A stretch of DNA of 64,000 bases from an uncultured delta proteobacterium (GTDB taxonomy: Bacteria > Myxococcota_A > Polyangia > Polyangiales > JAFGIB01): contig CAVZVA010000005.1 of assembly GCA_963778655.1 (NCBI GenBank), positions 1-64,000 on the forward strand, in the 5' to 3' direction. The notes under the pieces were generated by a model. That model did no database searches and was not told where the DNA came from. It saw only the letters and a list, made by a program, of their open reading frames with translations. Position numbers and translations under genes: made by a program. The first letter of the stretch is position 1; each line of letters begins with the position of its first letter. Shown here in pieces: positions 1 through 14,200 of the stretch.

Positions 1-4364
<4,364 letters not shown>

Positions 4365-4407
4365 CCCGACCTCCGGTCGAGCCCCAACCCGGTGCGAGGG
4401 AGGTTCT

Positions 4408-4975
4408 ATGCGTGCTCTCGAGACGTGGCTGAAGCAGGCCGCGTGTGCGGCGTGCTGTATCGCGCTCGCCGGCTGCGGCGGAAGTGATGCGACCGGTCCG
4501 GGCGTAACCCCGCGTGCGAGCGTGGCGTCTCCTGCCGGCAGCGTGCCGGCTGCGAGCGCGGGCAATGGGTCGGGGGGTGTCCCTGCGGGCCCGAGCTCAG
4601 GCGCTCCAGCGGCACCGAACGCGCCGACTCAAGGGCGTGCAGCTGGTGGTGGGCGGAGGCTGTCCCGCGTGCGCGGACCGCATGTCGTGCATGGTGCTGC
4701 AGCAGGAGCTCGAGAAGGGCAACGGCAATCCGCTGACCGACGACCAGAAGGAGATGTTGACCGTGCAGGCCAACATCGACCCCTATGCGAGCATGCACGG
4801 TTGCAGCGCCAAGAGCGGTCCCGTGCCCGTCGGCAACACGCTGCAATGGGACTGGCCCAGCTGCGACCCGGGCTGGACCTACTCGTACTACCTGGGGCCG
4901 GGCCAGCACGCCGATGCCTGGGATCGGATGGCGGTGCTCAAAGCGACCGACGCGATCCTGGCGACCGAGCACTGA
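4408..4975 (+). CDS. Hypothetical lipoprotein with an apparent frameshift
   Basis: GGAGG upstream of ATG 4408; lipobox-like IALAGC. The reading continues in another frame (LKGVQLVVGGGCPAC...LATEH*). The span of 568 nt is 3n+1. Confidence 0.5.
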
Positions 4976-5046
4976 ATCAGAGCTTGTGATTCGATCGCGA
5001 GTCGCGAACTCTGATCTAGCCGGCGGGGTGCCGGGCGCTCGAAGCG

Positions 5047-6036
5047 TCAGCGCGTCAGATCGAGGATCGCCTGCTCCAGCACGATGTCGGGCGGCCGCTT
5101 GCTGCCCTTGAGGGCCAGATCGGTCTCCGCCAGCACTCCGAACGCCCGCGCCAGCGTCCCCGCCCCCATGCGCTTGGCCGCCGTGGCCAGCTCGCGCGCC
5201 TTGAACGGCGGCGCCCCGGCCGCGCGCGCCGCCTCCTGCGGCGGCTCGCCCGCCGCCAGCGCCGATTGCATTCGCCCCACCATGCGCAGCTGCCGCGCTA
5301 CCATCGCCAGCACCCGCAGCGGCGGCTCGCGGTCGGCGAGCAGCGACGCCGCCGCCCGCAGCGCGGTGCGCTGGTCGCGCATCCCCACCGCGTCCACCAG
5401 CGCCCAGATCGACTCGACGCGCAGCTTGGCCACGCAGGCCTCGACCGCCGCCACGTCGATGCTCGCGCCCTCGCCGACGTAGAGCGAGAGCCGCTCCAGC
5501 GCGTCGTCGAGCGCGGGCAGGTCGTTGCCGACCGCATCGAGCAGCGCCGCGCCCGCGTCGGGCAGCAGGCGCGCGCCGTGGCGCTGGGCCTCGCGCTGCA
5601 CGAAGCCGCGCAGGTCGCCCGGCTTGAGCGGCGCCGCCTCCCACGACAGCCCCAGCTTGCTTGCGCGCTTGGCGAGCCGCGTGCGCCCGTCGAGCTTGTC
5701 CGCGGTGAGCACCACGCAGCTCGAAGGCGAGGGCGCCTCCAAATAGTCGGCCAGCTTGTCGAGATCCGCGGCCGCAAGCGCGGCGGCGCCGCGCACCAGC
5801 ACCAGGCGGTGGCTGGCGAGCATCGGCAGCGTGCGCGCCGCGTCGATCACGCGCGCGGCCGAGCTGCCCTTGCCCTCGAACACGTCCTCGTTGAAACCGC
5901 TCGGGCCCTCGCCCAGCACCGCCTTGCGCAGCGCTTCGATCGCCCGGTCGACGAAGAAGCGCTCGGTGCCGCTGAGCACCACGACTTGCGGGATGCTTCC
6001 CGTCTCGACCTGGGCTAGCAGCTCTTGAGCGTGCAC
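5047..6036 (-). CDS. holA: DNA polymerase III subunit delta
   Basis: C-terminal ~330 aa of the 1230-aa ORF: LSGTERFFVD, ARTLPMLASHRLVLV, DALERLSLY, LAETDLALKGS. GTG start inferred at 6036. Confidence 0.88.
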   Translation of the reverse strand: MHAQELLAQVETGSIPQVVVLSGTERFFVDRAIEALRKAVLGEGPSGFNEDVFEGKGSSAARVIDAARTLPMLASHRLVLVRGAAALAAADLDKLADYLEAPSPSSCVVLTADKLDGRTRLAKRASKLGLSWEAAPLKPGDLRGFVQREAQRHGARLLPDAGAALLDAVGNDLPALDDALERLSLYVGEGASIDVAAVEACVAKLRVESIWALVDAVGMRDQRTALRAAASLLADREPPLRVLAMVARQLRMVGRMQSALAAGEPPQEAARAAGAPPFKARELATAAKRMGAGTLARAFGVLAETDLALKGSKRPPDIVLEQAILDLTR

Positions 6037-6192
6037 GCGCCTCGCCTCGCCTCGCCTCGGTCCCGGTTGTAGCAGCAAAGCGGTGCCGAAGGCCGAAAAC
6101 TTGGCCGCTCCAGGCGCGGGTTGATATCCGAGGGGCTCGAGGGCTCCGCGCTGCGGCGCCCGTGGACGCGGCACGATGAGACCAACCCGGCG

Positions 6193-8721
6193 ATGGTGAA
6201 GATGGCCGCGGCATCCAAGGCCTTGCTCGCGCAGGCCGAGCGTCTGGCGCGCAAGCGCGCGCAGCCGGCGACCACCGGGCATCTGCTGCTCGCCCTGTAT
6301 CAGCGCGGCGCGCCCGGCGCGCTGTTGAGCGAGCAGGGCGTGGCGGAATCCGCGCTGCTTCAGGCGCTGGGTCGCGACTGGGAAGAGCACCCGAACACGC
6401 TCGGATTGGTGCTCGAGCGCGCCGAACGGACGGCCGCCGCGGCGCACGCGCGCGCGGCCGACGCCGGCCTGTGCTGCTTGCTCGCGCTCGCGCGAGAGCC
6501 GCGCTCGGTCGGGTACGGCTGTCTGGAGCTGCTCGGCGTGCAGCCGACGGCGCTGCAGCGCGTGCTGCGGGCGGCGCTCGAGGGCGGCACGCGCGCCGTC
6601 CGCGCCTCGCACGCGGCGCCTCCGCGCGCGCTCGCCCTGAGCTCGCGCGCGCCCGCGCAGGTGCGTCCGCGCCGCTTGCCGCGCGCGCTCAGCGCGCAAC
6701 AACGGCTGGCCGACGAGACCGAGTCGCGCCGCGCACGCGAGCGGGCCGAGCGCAGGAGCCAGAACAGCGAGGACGCGGTCGCCACGCCTTGCTACGAGCC
6801 GCCGGCCACCGCGCCTGCGCCTGCGCCCGCGGCCCCGCCCGAGCCGCGTCTCGCCCTGCCGCCGGCAGCGCGCAACCGGTCGAGCAGCAGCAGGCCGGCC
6901 GCCGCCGCCAGCCATGGCGCGCTCGACCCCGAGCGTTTTCCGCTGCTGTGCGCGCTCGGGCGCGACCTTTCCGCAGAGGCGGCCCAGGGCCTGATCGATC
7001 CGGTGCTCGGGCGCGAGGCCGAGATCGAGCAGGTGCTCGACGTGCTGGCGCGCCGCCGCGCCAACAACCCTATCCTGGTCGGCCCGCCCGGCGTGGGTAA
7101 GACCGCAGTCGCGCTCGGCGTCGCGCTCGTGCTGGCGCGGGGACGCGCGCGCGGCCTCGACGGTCGCCGCGTGATCGAGCTCTCGGCGAGCGCACTGCTG
7201 TCGGGCACCGGCGTGCGCGGCGCGCTCTCGGAGCGGCTGCAGGGCTTGCAGCAGGAGATCGCGCGCGCGCAGGGCCGGCTCGTCGTGTTCATCGACGAGA
7301 TCCACGGCGTGATCGGCGCCGATGAAGGCGCAGACAGCCTGGCCCAGGGGCTCAAGGCGGTGCTGGCGCGCGGCGAGCTGCCCTGCATCGGGGCCACCAC
7401 CGAGGCCGAGTACCGGCGCATCTTCGAGCGCGACGCCGCGCTCGCGCGCCGCTTCACCCGGATCGAGGTCGGCGAGCCCTCGCCAGAAGCGGCTTTCGCC
7501 ATCCTGCGCGGCCTTTCGCCGGAGTACGAGCGGCACCACGGCGTGAGCTACGACCCCTCGGCGCTGCGCGCCGCGGTCGATCTCAGCGTGCGTTTCATGA
7601 GCGAGCGCCACCTGCCCGACAAGGCGATCGCGGTGATCGACCAGGCGGCGGCGCGCGCGCGCAGGCGCGGCCGCGCGCGGGTCGATCTCGAGGCCGTGGC
7701 CGAGGTGGTGTCGGAGCACTGCGCGGTGCCGCTGGAGCGGCTGTTGCTGCGCGACGGCGAGGCGCTGCTCGCGCTCGAGAGTCATCTGGAACGGCGGGTG
7801 GTGGGCCAGCCCGAGGCCGGCGCCGCGATCGCCGACGCGTTGCGCAAGGGCGCGGCCGGATTTCGCGGCGCGCGACCGCTGGGCACGTTCTTGTTGCTGG
7901 GGCCGACCGGCGTGGGCAAGACGGAGATGGCCAAGGCCATCGCCGAGCTGCTGTTTCCCGGCAGCGAGATGACGCGTTTCGACATGAGCGAGTTGAGCGA
8001 GCCGCACGCGGTCGCGCGCCTGCTCGGCGCGCCGCCGGGTTACGTCGGGCACGAGGACGGCGGCCAGCTGACCGAGGCGGTGCGCGCGCGCCCGTACCAG
8101 CTGGTGCTGCTCGACGAGGTCGAGAAGGCGCACCGCGAGGTGCTGCTCGCGCTGCTGCCGTTGCTCGATGAGGGCCGGCTGACCGACGGCCGCGGCCGCA
8201 CCGTCGACTTCACCAACACGGTGATCGTGATGACCTCGAACCTCGGCGTGGAAGCCGCGTCCGAGCGCGGTCGGGTGGGCTTCGGCGCGGGCGACAGCCA
8301 GGGTGCGGCGCGCGAGCACGGGCGCAAAGCCGCGACGCTGGCCGCGGCGCGGCGCGCGCTGCCGCCCGAGCTGTGGAACCGCATCGACGAGCCGCTGTGC
8401 TTCACGCCGCTCGATCGCGGCGCGGTCGCCGAGATCGCGCACCGCATGTGCTGCGCGGTGGTGGCGCTGATGCGGCGCGAGCACGGCGTAGCCGTGCAGG
8501 TGGAGGCCAGCGCGATCGACGCGCTGATCGCCGCGGGCGGCTACGACCCCGAGCTCGGCGCGCGTCCGATGCGGCGTACGGTCGGACGCCTGCTCGAAGC
8601 CCGACTCGCGCGCGCGCTCTTGGCCGGCGAATTCGCACGTGGCGACGCTGTGGTTGCGCGTGGGCAAGACGCCCAGATCGTGCTCGAGCGTGGGCAGCCC
8701 GTGCTCGACGCGGCCGAGTAG
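6193..8721 (+). CDS. ClpA/ClpC-family ATP-dependent Clp protease ATP-binding subunit
   Basis: Clp N-domain (TGHLLLAL); NBD1 [33 protein letters not shown]2 [29 protein letters not shown] loop. Confidence 0.93.
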   Translation: MVKMAAASKALLAQAERLARKRAQPATTGHLLLALYQRGAPGALLSEQGVAESALLQALGRDWEEHPNTLGLVLERAERTAAAAHARAADAGLCCLLALAREPRSVGYGCLELLGVQPTALQRVLRAALEGGTRAVRASHAAPPRALALSSRAPAQVRPRRLPRALSAQQRLADETESRRARERAERRSQNSEDAVATPCYEPPATAPAPAPAAPPEPRLALPPAARNRSSSSRPAAAASHGALDPERFPLLCALGRDLSAEAAQGLIDPVLGREAEIEQVLDVLARRRANNPILVGPPGVGKTAVALGVALVLARGRARGLDGRRVIELSASALLSGTGVRGALSERLQGLQQEIARAQGRLVVFIDEIHGVIGADEGADSLAQGLKAVLARGELPCIGATTEAEYRRIFERDAALARRFTRIEVGEPSPEAAFAILRGLSPEYERHHGVSYDPSALRAAVDLSVRFMSERHLPDKAIAVIDQAAARARRRGRARVDLEAVAEVVSEHCAVPLERLLLRDGEALLALESHLERRVVGQPEAGAAIADALRKGAAGFRGARPLGTFLLLGPTGVGKTEMAKAIAELLFPGSEMTRFDMSELSEPHAVARLLGAPPGYVGHEDGGQLTEAVRARPYQLVLLDEVEKAHREVLLALLPLLDEGRLTDGRGRTVDFTNTVIVMTSNLGVEAASERGRVGFGAGDSQGAAREHGRKAATLAAARRALPPELWNRIDEPLCFTPLDRGAVAEIAHRMCCAVVALMRREHGVAVQVEASAIDALIAAGGYDPELGARPMRRTVGRLLEARLARALLAGEFARGDAVVARGQDAQIVLERGQPVLDAAE

Positions 8722-8800
8722 TTCCGGCCGGAAGTGCATGCCGGACGGCGGGCCAGGCTATTGCCTATACCAATTGCCCGATGCATAACGATCTGCCCCC

Positions 8801-10081
8801 ATGGTAGCGCCGCCCCAGCTCGAACCTCGTGCCGCGAGCGTGCCCGCGCTGCCGCGCGCGTTCGGGCCGTATTTGCTGTTCGACCGCATCGGTCGCGGCG
8901 GCATGGCGGAGATTTTCCTGGCGCGCACGCGCACCGAGCTGGGCGGAAGCCGGCGCATCGTGGTCAAGGAAGTGCTGCCCGAGCTGTCCAAGGAGGCGAG
9001 CTTCGCGCGTATGTTGGTGCGCGAGGCCAAGCTGGCGGCGCGGCTCAGCCATCGCAACATCGTCCACGTGCTGGATCTCGGTCGCGAGTCGGGCCGGTTG
9101 TTCATCGCGATGGAGTACGTCGAGGGCTACGACCTCAATCACCTGCTGCGCCAGCTCAGCCGGCGGCGGCTGCCGCTGCCGCTGGGCTTCGCGCTGCTGA
9201 TCGTGCGCGAAGTGCTGCAGGCGCTGGACTACGCGCATCGCGCCGACGACGAGCACGGCACCCCGCTCGGCATCGTGCACCGCGACGTCTCGCCCTCCAA
9301 CGTGCTGATCTCGTTCGAGGGCGAGGTCAACCTGTGCGACTTCGGGATCGCGCGCGCGATGGATATGGACCTGCGCAGGCGGCCGGGCGAGACCCGCGGC
9401 ACCGACCCGGAGGAGAGCCGCATCCAGCGCATCCGCGTGGCGGGCAAGAGCGCGTACATGGCGCCCGAGCACGCGCGCGGCGGCCATGTCGACTCGCGCT
9501 CCGACCTGTTCGCGGCCGGCATCTTGCTGTGGGAGCTTTGCGCGGGCCGTCGCCTGTACCGCGGCACCGACGGTGAGATGTTGGAGATGGCGCGCCGCGC
9601 ACAGGTGCCGCCGCTGCCCGCCCGCGACCTGCCCGACCAGGCGCGGCTGCAGGCAGTGCTCGATCTCGGGCTGGCGGTGGATCCCGCGGCCCGCTTCCAG
9701 TCCGCCGGCCAGTTCCTGGAGGCACTCGACCACTACGCGCTCGACACCGGGTTGATGGCGTCGCAGCTGCGCTTCGGCGCCTTCCTGACCGACCACTTCG
9801 CCGATGAGATCGTGGCGTTGCGCCGCGCGCGCGAGCGCGCCGCCGAGCAGGCGCTGCACGCGCTCGACGTGCCCGTGGCGGAGATCGAGCCGGTGACCGC
9901 GCACTCGGAGCCGCCGCCGCCTCAGCGCCGCGGCACGCCGGTGCCGGAGCAGCGGTGTGCTGGCGATCTTGCGGCGAGCGCCGTGCAGGGCGAGCCCGGT
10001 GTGGCCCCGGTGTGGCTGTGGCTCGCGTGTACGCTGCTGCTGGCGGCCGTGGCCGCGGCGGCGGTCTGGCTCTATCGGTAG
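8801..10081 (+). CDS. Hanks-type Ser/Thr protein kinase with C-terminal membrane anchor
   Basis: GRGGMAEI, VVK, HRDVSPSN, DFG, YMAPE, SDLFA motifs; hydrophobic C-terminus. Confidence 0.93.
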   Translation: MVAPPQLEPRAASVPALPRAFGPYLLFDRIGRGGMAEIFLARTRTELGGSRRIVVKEVLPELSKEASFARMLVREAKLAARLSHRNIVHVLDLGRESGRLFIAMEYVEGYDLNHLLRQLSRRRLPLPLGFALLIVREVLQALDYAHRADDEHGTPLGIVHRDVSPSNVLISFEGEVNLCDFGIARAMDMDLRRRPGETRGTDPEESRIQRIRVAGKSAYMAPEHARGGHVDSRSDLFAAGILLWELCAGRRLYRGTDGEMLEMARRAQVPPLPARDLPDQARLQAVLDLGLAVDPAARFQSAGQFLEALDHYALDTGLMASQLRFGAFLTDHFADEIVALRRARERAAEQALHALDVPVAEIEPVTAHSEPPPPQRRGTPVPEQRCAGDLAASAVQGEPGVAPVWLWLACTLLLAAVAAAAVWLYR

Positions 10082-10620
10082 AGGCCGCGCTCGCGGGCGT
10101 GGCGCGCGACCTCGAGGTCGAGCAGCCCGTCGGTCGGCAGGCCTTCGCGCAGGCGCCTGCGAATCTCGGTCGAGCTGATGTCGGGCAGCGCCGGCAGCGC
10201 CGCGTCGGGCGCGGGGTAGCCCGCGCGCGGCACCACGATCGGCGGCGCCAGCTTGCGGATACGCTCGAAGCGGTGCCAGCTCGGGGTCTCGGGCACGAGG
10301 TCCGAGCCGATCACCAGACGCAAGGCGGCGTCCGGGTGCCGCTGCTGCAGCTGCTCCAGCGTGCGCAGGGTCAGGCTCGGGCCCGGCAGCTCGCGCTCGA
10401 TGTCGGAGATCTCGAGGTTGCGCAGGTGTCGCAGCGCGAGCCGGCACATCTGCAAGCGGTCCTCGAACGGCGACAGCGGCTTGTCGAACGGGTGCAGCGC
10501 CGCCGGCACGATCAACAGGCGGTCGACCGGGAACGCGGACAGCACGTAGGCGCAGACGAGGGTGTGGGCGAGGTGCGGCGGATCGAAGCTGCCGCCGTAG
10601 ACCGCGACGCGTGCGCTCAC
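10072..10620 (-). CDS. nadD: Nicotinate-nucleotide adenylyltransferase
   Basis: YGGSFDPPHLAH, LVIGSD, ISSTEIR motifs. Confidence 0.92.
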   Translation of the reverse strand: MSARVAVYGGSFDPPHLAHTLVCAYVLSAFPVDRLLIVPAALHPFDKPLSPFEDRLQMCRLALRHLRNLEISDIERELPGPSLTLRTLEQLQQRHPDAALRLVIGSDLVPETPSWHRFERIRKLAPPIVVPRAGYPAPDAALPALPDISSTEIRRRLREGLPTDGLLDLEVARHARERGLYR

Positions 10621-10633
10621 GCTCGCTCTCCGC

Positions 10634-11221
10634 TCACGACGTCACCACCAGCTTGGCACTGGTGCCGTGCAGGGATTCGCGCGCCAGCGTGCTGCCATCC
10701 AAGGCGAGCAGGCGCAAGTCCAGCCGGCCCTCCGGCGACAGCTCCAGGCAACCCAGCTTGCGGGCTGCGAGCGGTCCAGGCGCGAAGAAGCAGCGCGGGC
10801 CGAAGCGCTTGAGCACGGCTTCGTCGGCGCGCCCGTACACGATCACATGCGCGTTGGCGATGTCGTCCTCGTCGAGCACCGCTTTGTCGTGCACAGCCAG
10901 CACGATCCACTTGTCCAGCATCTCGATCGCGCGCACCGGCGGGTCGGGCAGCTTGCGGATCACGCCGCGCCGGCGCTCGCCGCGCTCCTCGGCCAGCAGC
11001 GCGGCGATCTCGTCGGGCGAGCCCGCGCACGCCAGCTCGGCGGCGCGCTGCAGGAATTCCTCCTGCTCGAGCCGGGCCGGGGCGAACGCCGCGGCGGCCT
11101 GCTCGATCGCGCCATCGGCGCCGAGGTAGAGGATGCGCCGCATGCTCGGGTCGGCACCGAACAGCACGAGCGCGTGCTCGAGCTCGGCCTTGGCGCCGGC
11201 CGCCGGTCCTATCAAACCCAT
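10634..11221 (-). CDS. Hypothetical protein (possibly a degenerate metallophosphoesterase fold)
   Basis: Protein-like C-terminal part of ORF 10634-12196 (MGLIG...ILYLGAD...AVHDKA...VIVYG...FFAPG). It lies between the TPR gene and nadD on the same strand. Start uncertain. Confidence 0.6.
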   Translation of the reverse strand: MGLIGPAAGAKAELEHALVLFGADPSMRRILYLGADGAIEQAAAAFAPARLEQEEFLQRAAELACAGSPDEIAALLAEERGERRRGVIRKLPDPPVRAIEMLDKWIVLAVHDKAVLDEDDIANAHVIVYGRADEAVLKRFGPRCFFAPGPLAARKLGCLELSPEGRLDLRLLALDGSTLARESLHGTSAKLVVTS

Positions 11222-11286
11222 GCGCAAGCCGGTATGCACCTCAGCGGCTCCCGTGCGTCTGCGCTGCGCCCATCGCTGGCATGCGC

Positions 11287-14200
11287 TCAGCTTCCCGCAC
11301 CGGGCGCGATCTCGCTGTGCAGCTCCAGATAGGCATCGGAGAGGGCGAAGCGCAGCAAGGAGAGCGCCTCGGCCGAGCGCTCCACGGCCGACAGCGCGAC
11401 GTGCTCCTCGTAGTCTGACGCCGCGGCCTCCGCCCCGCACGCGCCCAGCGCCCAAAGCGCGGCCGACAGGTTGCCGAGCGCGGCCAGCGCGAGCTGGGCG
11501 CCCGCCTGCAGCGCAAGCGCGGGCAGCGCCGCAGCCTCGAGCGGGCCGCTGGCGGTCGCCGCCTCGACCAGGCCCTGCAGCTCGCGCCGCTGGCGCGGGC
11601 TCAGCCCCTGCTCCAGGCGCTGCAGCAACGCGGCCGGCGGCGGGTCGGGCGAGGACGGCTGCACCAGCTCGAGCAGGGCCGCGAGCTGGCCTGGATCGGC
11701 GGAGGCGGCGCCGCACAGCCCCAGGCGGATTGTGCACAGCGCGCGCAGCAACAGGAAGCCGAGCTCGCTCGGATCGCAGGCCGAAAGCAGCTCGGCGCCC
11801 AGCCCCAGCGTCGGCGGCTTGTCGCGCAGCGGCAAACAGCGCGGGCCTTCCAGCGCAACCAGCGCGAGATTGCCGGGCAGCTTGAGCTGAGCGGCCGCGA
11901 CCTGGAGCCCGTCCTGTAGCGCGGCGGGCCTGGGCTCGAGGCGCTCGCCCAGCGCCTCGCGCTCGAGCAGCTCGCCCGCGCGCGAGCCCAGCCAGCGCAG
12001 CAGCTCGCGCCAGGCCGGGGTCAGGGTTTCCGGCCACAGCCGATCGGCGAACGCGGCCTGGAAGGCCTCGCCGTGCAGCGGCTGGTAGGCCGCGCCGAGC
12101 TTCTCGCTGCGGGCGTCGGCCAGGCCGAGGTTCTTGGCCAGGGCGGCCACGCACTCGGCAGCATGGATGCGGCCGCGGCGCGCGAGCACGTCGCACAGCG
12201 TGTTCCAGCGTGCAGCGTCGTTGGGCTGCTCGAGCAGGCCGGCGCGCAACGCGTGGATCGAGCGGTCGAGGTGGACGGCGAGCGCCGCCTGATCGTGCTG
12301 GCGCGCGTACAGGTCGGCCAGGGCGGCGATGATCGGCGCGCTCGCCGGGCGTTGCTCGCGCCGGTCGTTGAGCGCGCGCTCCGCGCGCAGCAGCTCGCGC
12401 TTGTCTTCGAGCAAGTCGGCCAGCTCGACCGTGCGCCGGTCGAGCTCGTCCTCGTCGCGCGAGAGCTGGCGCAGCCGCTCGCAGGCGCGCAGCGCCTTGT
12501 CGTGCTCGCGCTGGCGCTTGTAGACCCCCATCAGGCGTTCGATCGCCTCGACGTTGGCGGGGTCGAGCCCGACCGCGCGCGCATAGGCGATCTCCGCCCG
12601 CCGCAGGTCCGGCGCCAGCTCGCTATAGATGCGGCCGAGCAGCATGAAGGCGTCGAGCAGCGCGGCCGGATCGCGCGACAGCCGCGCGAAGCGGATCAAC
12701 GCCTCGGCCGCCTCGCGGTGCTCGGCGTTGGCCAGGTGCAGGTCCGCCACCGTGCGCAGCGCGTCGAGCCGCCGGGGGTCGAGCCGCAGCGCCGCCTTGA
12801 GCGAGGCCGCCGCGGGCTCGCGCTGGCCCAGCCGCAGCAGCAGCCGCGAGCGCTCCACGTGCAGCTCGGTCAGCCGCCGCGGCTCGCCGCCGGCGGCGAT
12901 GCGCGCCTGCAGCAGCGCCGCCAGCGCCGCGTCCTCGCCGCTGGCGGACAGCAACGCGTGCAGGCGCGCGAACGCGTCGCGGTGCAGCACGTCGACCGCC
13001 ACCACCGAGTCGAGCGCGCTGCGCGCGTGCGCGTCGTCGCCCACCACGTCCTGCCACAACACCGCGGCCCGGTACCACAGTCGCGCGGCGCGCAGCGGCG
13101 CCGGCGCGGTGCGCGCGGCCCGCTCGTATTCGGCTGCGGCCGCGCGCGGCTCGCCCGCGGTCTGGCGCAGCCGGCCGAGCAGCTCGTGCGCCAGCCCGTG
13201 CGAGGGCGCGGCGTTCGCATACACCGCGAGCGCGGCGATCGCGCGCGAGCTCGAGCTGCGCTCCAGCGCTTCGGCGGCGCGCATCGCGTACGAGGCGCGC
13301 GCGTCGGGCTCGTCGATGTGCGCGCACAGCGCGAGCACTGCGCTTGCGATCTTGTCGGCGTCGCCCGCCGCGCGCGCGCCGCGCTCGGCCTCGATGCCAG
13401 CGAACAAGCCGAGCGCAGGATCGAGCGCGAGCGACCCGATCGACTTGCCATGCAAGACGTGCGCGCGCGCGCGCAGCCGGCTCTGACCGGCGCGCTCGCG
13501 TGCGTCGTGAGGCCGCTGGGCGAGCCGCTCGGCGATCTGCTCGAGGCGCTCGAGGTCGCCTTGCTCCATCGCACGCCGCTCCAGCGCGCGCAGCGCACCC
13601 ACGTGATCGGGGTCGAGCTCGAGCAAGGCCTGTAAGCCGCCGAGCGCGTGGCGCTGGTCGCCGGTGGCGCTGCGCATCAGCGAAAGCCACTCGAGCGCAG
13701 CGATCCGCGCGCCCTGCGCCCCCTCGGTCGCCAGCCGCTCCAGTCGATCGAAGAGCAGACCGAGCAGGCCGGCCCGGGCCAGGGTCCGATCGAGGCCGAG
13801 GTTCGCATGTGGGTCCTGGCCACGGCTACGATCGAGCACCTCGCGGTACAATACCGCGGCGCGCGCCGGCTCGTCTGCGTCCTCGTACAGCGCCGCAGCG
13901 CGCAGCTTGCACAGCCCGCCCAGCCGCCCCGCCGCGCTGTGGCCCGCGTCCTCCAGCAGCTCCGCCAGCGCGAGCGTGGCGAGCTCGTCGCCCGCGCGCC
14001 CGCGCTCGCACAGCAAGGCGTCGGCCGCGCTCCCGCGCGCGGCTGCGCGCCGCAGCGATGCGGCCTGCTGCGGCTCGTCGGGCTCGCGCAGCGCCGCCAC
14101 GCGCATCTGTCGGGCCCCGCGTTCCTGGCCGTCCTCGGTCGCGTTGGCCAGTGCGGCATGCACGCGCGCCAGCGCCGCGCGCTCTTCCTTTGCCTGCAGC

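Noticed and set aside
5047..8739. 1230-aa HolA fusion ORF
   Set aside because: The first ~900 aa are the antisense shadow of the clp gene, expected at high GC3. Only 5047-6036 is HolA-like.
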